A stretch of DNA of 63,782 nucleotides, filler included, from Jimgerdemannia flammicorona (Eukaryota): assembly GCA_003990765.1 (NCBI GenBank). It is 3 parts of 3 records of this genome, joined end to end, with 100 filler letters (N's around TTAATTAATTAA, not from the genome) between each part and the next. Parts side by side here need not be neighbours in the genome. Positions count along the whole stretch, not along the records: positions 1 to 21,196 come from RBNJ01001505.1; 2 more parts are not named here. One strand, given 5' to 3'. Of this stretch, positions 11,773-21,296 are shown one piece after another. How positions within the stretch are numbered: the first letter of the stretch is position 1; every line of letters starts with the position of its first letter. The position numbers were made by a program, and so were the translations under genes. The notes beneath the pieces are model-generated. The model did not search any database. It was given only the letters and a program-made list of their open reading frames with translations, and was not told where the DNA came from.

Positions 11773-12831
11773 TTACAAGAACAACTGCGGGTAACGCCGG
11801 TGGACCATGGGGGGCACCGAGGAACATAAGCATTGTGAGAAACAGTGAAGATACGGAAAACAAGAGTTGTCCAGGGTCAGAGGCCCTGCATTCCCTTTTC
11901 TGGCAATGTATAGACTGGATGACGCCAGGGTCCACATGTCGAATTTGGCCAAGTCCTGGTCGAAGATTGCCAGTTCGTTTAGTCCCCTAGCATATAGCCT
12001 TTCTTCTGATCATATTCCTTACTCATTCCCCAGGAACTGGAGGACACTTTCTGCAGAGGCCTTGGGCACCAAACGCCATTCTAACAGTTATAGGATCTTA
12101 TGCTCCAGTTGACAAAAGACCTCCTTGTTTCCTCTCTCCTTGTATCGTTCATTGTGCAGTCTTTTTGCTTGTTCCAAGGACCAATGACAATCTAGGTAAG
12201 GGATCATTGCCCTATACGCCAGTCCGAAGCACACTATGCCGGCAATTTGATAACGGTCTTCTTCCAATGGACCCCTCGCCATGAATCGGTCTAGGATATT
12301 CAATGCTATAAAGAACATCGATATTTACTAATCTGCACCATACGTAGATGCTAGAACTAGCAACCATAAAAACATTTTCTCCTGTCGGTGCCAAGTATAT
12401 GGGTTACGCATCAGCATTATTCTAATATTGACTTAGATGCCCTTTGCCTCACTTTCCAGTTTTCATCCATGCTCCTGCTGATACAGATATCTTTCTTGCT
12501 GATTGATGATGCCGTCTAGGTGGCTGGGAGTCGACCAGAATCACTTGTAATGGTTTTCCTTGAGGGGTGGAGCATGGGGTTCTATCCAAAGAGGTCGTTG
12601 CGCTTCTCCTTCTTTATAAAGGTCAGAGGGAGAGAACTCATTATGGCTCAAGTGATCTGTTGAGGAGCTACTATTATTGGGTTCCAGGGTAGTGAAAGCC
12701 AAGTGCAGTGTCGAAGGAGATGCTGGGGCTGTGGTGCCCCAGTTCAGGATAGCATGGTAAAAGGGTGGAGTTGATGATACGATAGTTGAAGAGGAGTAGG
12801 AAAGGGGGGCTTGCGTCGAAGAGTTAGCCAT
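11773..12831 (-). pseudogene. Element-borne cyclin (Cyclin_N plus Cyclin_C folds), 352 codons, 8 in-frame stops
   Basis: Single frame: RQEKMFLWLLVL, MFFIALNILDRFM, YQIAGIVCFGLAYR, FCQLEHKIL*LLEWRL, ARGLNELAIFDQDLAKFDMWTLASSSLYIAR; matches cyclin-box helix pattern. Confidence 0.85.
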
Positions 12832-12918
12832 AATGATATAATGAAGGAAAAGAGAAAGAAGAGAGAGAGAATTGACAAGAATAAAGAGGATTTGTCGCAT
12901 ATTCGATGTGTATTTATA
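12832..12918 (-). promoter_or_regulatory. Putative internal promoter of the cyclin ORF (TATA box plus CT-rich leader)
   Basis: TATAAATA at 12918-12911 on minus, followed by a pyrimidine-rich tract and ATTATGG start context. Confidence 0.55.
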
Positions 12919-13260
12919 CTAGTTTAACTAAAAGAGGAATACTGAAATGTCTGCGCATTCTGGTGGGCTACCAAGGGTCTGTTCTTTACCTGGGGTTATC
13001 TGGCCCAATTGGCACCTGATTTTTCTTCTGAAAAGCTCATTCAATAGGTTTCAGTCTGCTCTACACTGCTACCTTGTTGTCGTCTATTTTGGCCCACTCC
13101 TTAGACTGCTATATATCCACAAATATTCCTCTAGCAGTAATCTATCAATTCCCTCCAATAACAGCTTTTGCCAGTCCCGCCAGCACCTAATTTTTGTCTC
13201 CCACCACTCAGCCACACTCCATTCTGCCTGCATCCTCTTGCATCTGTCCTCATTCGGCCC

Positions 13261-16200
13261 CTATACCCTCAGAATATATGCCTGGAGCCTGTTTCCATAT
13301 TGGGGAGCCTCTAGGTCCACTCCGCCAGGCCCTGTTAGTGAATAAGTACTGTTTCCGTGGATGATCTTGACCATATATGGCCCTGCCCACTGAGATTCCC
13401 ACACCCCAGCAGTTTCTTTATGCAGCATCACCAGATCTCCTTCTGCCAATGGCGGAATGAGGCCTCAAACTCTCTGAGCATCATACCGAGCCTTCTGTTT
13501 CACTTGCTCATTCCTGATTCACTCAAGGGCCTGCTTACAAGCCTTCTCGTTGAGATGGGCGACCTCCTTGGCTTGCCTAAGGATAGCCTCCACTAAGGTA
13601 TCCTCTGAGGGCTCATCAACCAGACTGATGGTGGGTCCAAAGGGGTGCTGTGCCTCCCGCCTATAGGTAAGTGTGAATGGGGAATGGCAAGTAGTTGCCT
13701 GGGTCATGGTTCGGTATGTAAAAAGAATGGCAGGGAGATGTAGATCCCAGTCATTGTCATATTCTAATACTAGCCTTTTTAATGCTCCTTTTAGGGTTCA
13801 GTTGAATCTCTCCACAAGACCGTTAGACTGGGGGTGATATGGCATTGTGAACTTGTGGGTAATTCTGAAATGAGCAGTCAGCTTGCCAACAACATTCCCT
13901 ACAAAATGGCTCTCCTGGTCACTCTGCAAGATTATGGGGCAACCATGTCGGCAAACTATGTCCTCATATATGTATGAACCTAGTGGCGGTGGCTGTGGTG
14001 GTGTCAACGGTGGCATGCGCCTCTACCCACTTCGTAAGGTAGTCTATACTGACAATAATATACACATTCATACAGTCTGTTTGTGGCAATGGTCTAACGA
14101 AGTCCACTCCAACCCTGTCAAAGGGGCCCGTTACTTTGATAGGCATCAAGTTCTCATGCCTTTTTGGGCTGGTGTGTGCCTGGCAAGCTTCGCAGGAGGC
14201 TACACATCGTTGTATGTCCTGAAATATTCCCAGCCACCAGTATTCATGTTGTACTGCCCGCAAGGTTTTCTTGAGCCTGAAATATACCATCCTGTGGAAT
14301 CAGTCTATCAGGGGAGATACCTGGTTGGGATGAGGTAAGACATGCTTATCTTTGACATAGCGAAGGGTCTGCTGGTCAAGCTCGAGCTTCCGGACTAATT
14401 CTCCTATTTTCCTCCAAATTGGGGCAGCAAGAAGTGGGCTGGATGGGGAACTGGTGATTTTGGTGAGGGTCTTGTCATAAATTTCTGGAGTCCACTATGC
14501 GCTTATGTGTTCTGCTCTTTTCTTTGCCACATAGACTGCCACCGGTTCTTCTTGCTTGGGTTCTATCAGCTGGGACAATGCATCGGCATTCGAGTGAACT
14601 CAATCTGGGCAAAGCTCAACAGTGTACTGATAAGCCATCAGCTTGACTATTCATCAAGCTATATGTCCCTTGGGTTCTTTGGTAGTGAGGATAGATTTGA
14701 GTACCACATGGTCGGTCTGTATAACAAAAGGCCAACCGGTGTCCAAATAGTAATGAAACTGGTCTATACTCCAAATGACCACTAATCCTTCCTTTTCCAT
14801 TGTTGTATACTTCTGCTCAGTGCCATTTAGGGTTCTGCTTGCATAAGTGATGGGGTGTTCAAGACCGTCAACCCCTATCTGTGTGAGCACACAGCCAATC
14901 GCATAGTCCAAGGCATCTGTTTGCAAGATAGAGGGGGCCCCATTACATGGGTATATCAGGATGAGTACCTGAATCAGATGATCCCACAATTCCTCGAATG
15001 CTCACTGTGTATTCTCTGACCACTTGAAGGCATGTGTCTTGGATATTAACTTCGTAAGAGGTTGCGCCACCGCCGCAAAGCCAAGCACGAAATGGCGATA
15101 ATATCCCGCAATTCCTAAGAATCGTCATACATCCTCGAGGTTCTTTGGAACGGGAAACGTGCTAATTTTATACGTTTTGGCAGGATCCACATGTATTCCA
15201 GCACCATCAATGATGTGTCCCAGGTAAGCAACCTGCTTTTGAGCAAAGGAATACTTCTTATGGTTGAGCATAAGGTTGACATGCCAAAAGGCTTCCATTA
15301 TAGCAGCTAAATGCTCTATATGCTCATTATAGGTTGCTGAATATATGATGACATCATCTACATAGACCAGTATGAACTTGCTGATGTATGGTCATAGGAT
15401 CAGGTCCATAAGGTGCTGAAACATTGTCGGGGAGTTCATGAGACCCATCGGCATACGCCGGTATTCATATAGTCCGAATGCCATGATGAATGCTGTTTTC
15501 AACCTATTCTCTGGAGCCAGTTCAATCTGCCAAAACCTGCTCTTCAGGTCCAAGGTTGAGAACCACTACCTCCACTTAGTGCGTCCAAGAGCTTGTCGAT
15601 TCTAGGCAAGGGATATGCATCCTTGACCGTTGCCAGGTTGAGCTTCTGAAAATTGCCGCAAAGTTGTAAGTTTTCATCCTTCTTGTCCGGAATGATGACA
15701 GGGGAGGCCCAGGGACTCTCCGATGGTTGTATTATCCTGAGCATTGTTAATTTTTCCAATTCTTCTTACATAAAGGCTTTCTTCTGTGGGCTAAGCCTAT
15801 ATGCCTTTTGTCTAATCGGGACCATGTCACCTGTGTATATGTGATGTTGGACAAGGTTATAATGCCCAAAATCTTCTTTCCTGTCGGCGAACGAGGCATC
15901 ACCTAGTACAAGCATGAGGTCATGCAGTTGTTCCTTATCCAGGTCAGGGCCTATTAGGTTCATCATCATGGCATATGCCTACTCATCACCTTCTTTGTTG
16001 TCTTCTTCATCTGAGGTGTTGTCCATTCTGCTATCATCCTCATCGATGCCTTCAGCCCGCATTAATTGGGCTCTGGTCCATACTAGAATACTATTGCCGT
16101 CTCTTAGGACTAATTGCATGGTATCCAAGTGGATGTGGGTGCCTTGCGGCTGCAACCAAGCCATGCCGATTAAGATGGTTGCTAATGAGGTGTCCGGGAA

Positions 16201-17949
16201 GACAATAGCATCAAGCAAGTATTCCTTGGCGCTGATCCTTGCCCTGAGTCCTTCTATCATTCCACATGGGTGTAGGGTTCCATTTGCCATGCTTACAATA
16301 AGGTTGGTAGACTTGATCACCCTTCCTGTAGTTTTGGCCACGTGTTCTGGAATGCAATTCTCTGAGGTGCTGGTGTCGAAGATGACCTCATACCTCCTGC
16401 TGCCTACTTCTATCTCTCTATACAGGGCTGTGGTGGGTTTTGTGACAACAGTGGAGGCCGTTACAGCTGCTCCTGCTGGTCCCTTAGCAGGGTCTTGGAT
16501 GGCAGGTTCCTGGATGACCAGTTCAACTATGGGTTCTTCTGCTAATTCCACCGCGATGATGCTGTGCTGCAGCCCTTGCCTGAACTCCTTCCGGGCAATC
16601 AGGGAGATGGCTAGGAGTTGTCCATAGGTTATACTGGTGGGTGTGTTGGCTAGGGATACTGCAATTGAGTAAGATTCCCTGTTATTCATCATGTTGATCA
16701 TCCCAAACTTCTTTCGAGCTTACTTTGCTTTCTTCTTTGGCACCGGGAGGATGGGAATTTCCACCACTTGCTCACCGGCTGGCTCCTTGTTTCCTTCCTC
16801 TACATCTGCCATTACCTCATCTTCTGGTGCTGTTCCACCCTGAATGGCCCTGCTGGCTCTGCTGGCCCCACCAGTTCCAGTTGCCACCTGTTTTCCCCGT
16901 GTCCTTCTGGCTATCGAGTTAAAACAGACATCCTTTATAACTGGGTAGACTTCTGCTGAACCTTCTGGCTGCTTGTTTATGCCTACATAATTGGTGGAAG
17001 AGGTATGGCTGGTGGGCATCACTTGGACTGGTATATGATTACTGCCTGTCGCTGGTTCTGATCCATCCTCTTGCTTGTGGTTCAGGCAATATCTTGCCAC
17101 ATGGCCAACCTCTCCACAGTCATAGCACTTCCGGGGGCTGCTCGAGGTGCATTTCTCGAACTATTGTAATTTGTCATTGATTTGCTGTATTTTATCATTC
17201 CCCGCCAGACTAATGGCCTTTTTGATCAACTTCATTAGCTCATCGCTGGTCATAGGCATAGGGGAGGCCGCTGGCTGAGCCATGTAGGTGCTTGCTGCTG
17301 TTGCCATCACAGCCCAGAACTCCATCAAGTGAGCTACCAGAGGATTGGTTGGTATACCGGTAGCCAGCAAAGAGTCCAAGACAAATGGAGGGATCCTTAG
17401 GGTGTATACTGCTGGCCCAGACATTCCTATTTGTCCCACATAGTCTTCCCATGCATTCTGAGCAGCAAGGAGTACTTCATCGAACCCATTCCAATAATTC
17501 CATCATATCTCACTACCATAGATCTTCATGGCTCCTTGGTAGAATGTCTGCTCTCTCAGCTCTCTTATATCAATGCTATATAGGTTGCAGTTCTTCTGCA
17601 CACGGGCCCAGAAAGTAACGGGGCTCTCCCCTGGGCCGATCATGATGTTGCCAAGGCTGATGTTGAGCACCACGAGCCCTCGATTCTTGGTGAAGTAGCT
17701 GATAATGCAGGCCTTAATCGCATCATATGTAGGTCTGGTGAAGACAACAAAGGGGTTTCCTGATGGAACTACAGTATTGGCAACTGTCAGGGCTTCGTCA
17801 CATAGGTGGGCTTTGAGCATGTTCACCTTTTTGTCATTGGTGTGGATATGATGGTTGACCATATAGGTTTCTAGATCCTCAAAGAAAGTGATGACGTTTT
17901 CATGGTATGCACCGGCATAGCATAGCAGAGTCTCCTGTGCTGGTGACAT
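13261..17949 (-). pseudogene. Gag-Pol polyprotein (gag, CCHC, protease, RT, RNase H, integrase)
   Basis: ATG 17949; CYDCGEVGHVARYC knuckle near 17130-17085; VIFDTS protease; SPWASP, AYPLPRID, YVDD RT; TDA..AIGCVL RNase H; CEAC, VGVDFV, PYHPQSNGLVERFN, WAGPY integrase; gag through early RT in one frame with transition-type stops. Confidence 0.95.
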
Positions 17950-18000
17950 CTTGATGTAGTTATGGGTTTCGCTTGAATGCTTGATTTTGAGAATTATGTT

Positions 18001-18017
18001 CCTCGACATCTCTACCA
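18001..18017 (-). promoter_or_regulatory. Primer binding site, tRNA-Ala-like
   Basis: TGGTAGAGATGTCGAGG one base inside the 5' LTR; 3 transitions from TGGTGGAGATGCCGGGG, the complement of a common eukaryotic tRNA-Ala 3' end (recalled, not searched). Confidence 0.65.
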
Positions 18018-18018
18018 A

Positions 18019-18534
18019 TGTGAAATTCGGCAATTTCCACCTGAAATCACCTTGACTGTCAAAGGGGCAGTAATTGGACTGGTTGTAGATCAAAAGGGTA
18101 TGTGGTAATCGTGATGCATTTGCTAGGGAATTCACTAAGTAAAGTGTCGGAAGAACCTCTCAGAAGGCTTGAAAAACGACCGCTTATGCACCGAATCCTT
18201 AGATCTATGAATCCTCAGGATATGCGCTTCTAGTTGCCAATTCTCAATAAATTCTGATTCTCTTACTGAACTAACTCTGTCCTTTATTGTATGCTTGAGC
18301 CTATGCTATTTATACATGGAAGCCCTCCTATCCTCGAAACTGCTAGAAATACTGAGTAATCTTTCTCCATATGCTTCTACAAACCCCAAGAAGTGTCTGG
18401 AATACTCCACTGAGTAATTAGAGTGCTTTACCGATAGAAATGGAAATGGAATAGGACTTCTTCTGTGTTGTTTCAGAATTCAGGATTCTTACCTGATTTG
18501 GATGCATCCTATTTTTTGGCCACATACCTCTACA
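18019..18534 (-). repeat. 5' LTR (516 bp)
   Basis: Direct repeat of 11226-11741. Confidence 0.97.
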
Positions 18535-18899
18535 ACGTTGAATTGTACCACCTCTAAGCCACTTCGAATCATTTGAATCAATTCGTTTGGAAGTACTGAT
18601 TTTGATGAAGATAGCAAGCAAAGATAGTAGTGAAGATTTTGGCAAAAATGATAAAAAGGAGATAGTGGCAAGAATTTTAGCAAAATCAATAAAAAAAGAT
18701 AATTTTGTTAGAGATAGCAAGTAAAGGAGAATTTTAGCAAAAAATGATAAAAAGCAAAGATAGTAGTATGATGAGTGAACATTGTAGTATAGCTGAATAA
18801 TATATAAAGAATACCTAGCATAGTTACTTCACACAGTTATCTATATATACTATCAATTTGTATAAATTATCAGATATACATATATACTATATTTAGATA

Positions 18900-19500
18900 T
18901 ACTATTCCTTGAGAGTATGTTGTTTTTTAAAGATATATCATCTCTCAAAGATACACTGTTTCCCAAAGAAAGAAGAGATCACACCTTCTATAATTAGTCT
19001 TACTGTATATTCTTTAATTATTCAGATAGTAACCAAATAGCAACCACACTTATATAATATATTTCAGAGATATAAGTCAATAAATCTCAGTCTGAAATTT
19101 AAATTAAAAGTAAAAGACAAATCTATCTATAATATACTTCAAGAGATTACCTACCAAGAGCCACTTGATTTAATAAAAAGAATTATAATACTTAAAAAAC
19201 CATTTACTTAAGAGTTACTATTAAGGAGATTGTGAGTTTTTTTTATATTTTACTTTAGTTCTCTTGCTGAAATCAAGTCATATCTATTTTGAGATACTTT
19301 ACATTTAGTTTACTTATCAGATTAAGTTTGAAGATTTATTAGAGAGAAATATATCTGTTTGAGATAATTCTGAAGATTTATTTAAGATAACTATTAAAAA
19401 TTTTATTACTTTTTAATAAAGTAACTAGGGCTTCAAGTCAATTTATATATATATAGCTGTCTTATCTTGTAATTTACCTCTATTAAGCTAATACATTATA
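18900..19500. repeat. Unclassified AT-rich interspersed repeat
   Basis: Inverted homologue near 54000-54690 (CAGAGAT..AATAAATCTCAGTC vs GACTGAGATTTATT..ATCTCTG); boundaries approximate. Confidence 0.55.
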
Positions 19501-19741
19501 TTTAAAAGCTCAATTAGAAAAAAAAATTTATATAACTTTTTAGTTTATAAAACTCAATAGATAAATTAAATACTAATACTAATATAAATATATATTTTCA
19601 ATACAATACTAATTTCTGCTATTACAGAAGAATAAATTCTCAGTATTTAGATAAAAAGAGAAATAATTATCTTTAGACTTATTAACTACTTACTATTTAA
19701 AAGATTATAAGAAGAAATAAATACTATATAGAGCTCTTTAC

Positions 19742-19851
19742 TAGTATTCTCAAATGAATTGAATTAATTTGAATTAAATTAAATTTTAGATCATTTGAAT
19801 TAAATTGAATTTGGGTCAAATTTGATTTAATTTAATTCATTGGAAGTACTA
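19742..19851. mobile_element. MITE-like remnant with imperfect terminal inverted repeats
   Basis: TAGTATTCTCAAATGAATT ... AATTCATTGGAAGTACTA; a less mutated right end AATTCGTTTGGAAGTACTG lies at 18580-18598. Confidence 0.4.
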
Positions 19852-19914
19852 CTCTCTATTAGCCTAATTATTAAGTTTATAGCTTGTAAATATATTTATA
19901 ATAATTTCTATATA

Positions 19915-20660
19915 TAGTATATTTTCACAGTCTTTTCTTATCTTTTCTTGAATACTCTATAATATTTTAGCATCTTCTAAATACTTCAAAATTCTTTCTT
20001 AGTATCAAGACTTTATTAGAATATTTTGTTTTTTTTTAGTACAAAGTATTTTATTTTAGCTAGTTATAGAACTTTTTGAATCATTATAGATTTCTATAAG
20101 TTATTTTTATTAAGAACTATTTTCTTGACTTTTCTTTTTATTTTTAGTTCTTTTATATTCTATATAAATATTATCTTTTTTTACTCAACTAAAGCTTAAA
20201 TTATTTTTCTCTAGAAATTCTTTAAGACTACTTAATAGTAGTAGTAAAGTTATAAATTATCTTATTAAGAAATCTTATACAAATTTAAAAACTAGTCACA
20301 ACTAGTTAAATGAGCTCAAAATAAATACTAAAGAGCCAATCAACTATCAGAAGCTCTCTGTAGTAGAAGATATAGATATAGAGATATAGATCAACCTAAA
20401 AGAAATAATTACTATAATAATATATTAGATCTAAAATCTATAAGTATAACTAGAATAATAGAAAGTAAGAAGTATAGCTAAAGCAGCTTACTCTATATTT
20501 GCACCTATTAGCTTTAAGCTACTTAAGTCAGATACTTTTAATAACTATTAAGAAGAACTATCTACTAATATTTGAATCTTTTAATTAGACTAATACTTTG
20601 AGCTTATAAGAATAGAAAAAGGTATATAAGTCTAATTTATCATTACTCTTCTCTAGAGCT
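19915..20660 (+). mobile_element. Chromovirus copy 3: partial 5' LTR and start of gag, very decayed
   Basis: Reverse complement of the LTR at 3056-3520 followed by sequence matching the reverse complement of about 8290-8680. Confidence 0.7.
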
Positions 20661-21196
20661 CTACAATCTGAGCTAATTCAAGTTTAAGTTTGAGCTGATT
20701 CTGTAGTATACCTGATCTGAATAATAGCAGACCCAGAAATTTATAAACTCTAAATAATAGCTGAGCCAGCAGTATATAGAACTCAAAAAATGATCAAGCT
20801 ATTAATATATCTGACTTAAAAAATAACTAAGCTAATAATAAACTCAATCTAAAAAATAGCCAATCTGTCTTTGAACCTATCTTTGAACTTAACCCAAAAC
20901 CTAATTCAAGACTCAACTCTAGAATCCATATCATTAAAAGATATATTTGTAAAATATTTAAATAATATTCAGAAATATTCAAAACCTATTTATTATAAAT
21001 ATCAGAATAATTAGAAGAGAAATATATCTGATAACTATAGCATATATATATATCCCTTTGACTGTTTTGCACCTATATTTAGAGGCAAGATTTTAAAAGT
21101 TTATAACTTTTAAAATCATAATAGCTTTTAAAAAAAAATTTACCAATAATTTTTTATATAATAATTCTACCTTTGGTAAAAATTTTACAAAAAAAA

Positions 21197-21296
21197 NNNN
21201 NNNNNNNNNNNNNNNNNNNNNNNNNNNNNNNNNNNNNNNNTTAATTAATTAANNNNNNNNNNNNNNNNNNNNNNNNNNNNNNNNNNNNNNNNNNNN
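21197..21296. other. Assembly gap with artificial TTAATTAATTAA linker
   Basis: 44 N + TTAATTAATTAA + 44 N; identical structure at 42492-42591. Confidence 0.97.

Larger units (their letters stand above)
11226..18534 (-). mobile_element. Full-length Ty3/gypsy LTR retrotransposon carrying a cyclin gene
   Basis: Two 516-bp TG..CA LTRs, flanks ACGTC/ACGTT, PBS, PPT, gag-CCHC-PR-RT-RH-IN order, extra cyclin frame 12831-11773. Confidence 0.96.

Noticed and set aside
11513..11935. 140-aa ORF (and 18418..18720) as an env-like gene
   Set aside because: Runs across LTR boundaries and out of frame with the cyclin; not preserved in the other LTR context
11773..12831. Cyclin as a host gene that merely neighbours the element
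   Set aside because: It lies inside the LTR pair, ends 15 bp from the PPT, is intronless and in element sense, and the TSD flanks the whole unit
13261..17949. Alternative genetic code explaining many in-frame stops
   Set aside because: All three stop types occur at Arg/Gln/Trp positions and differ between TE copies, as expected from C>T/G>A mutation
21241..21252. TTAATTAATTAA palindrome (also 42536-42547)
   Set aside because: Centred in identical N runs; an artificial six-frame-stop contig linker
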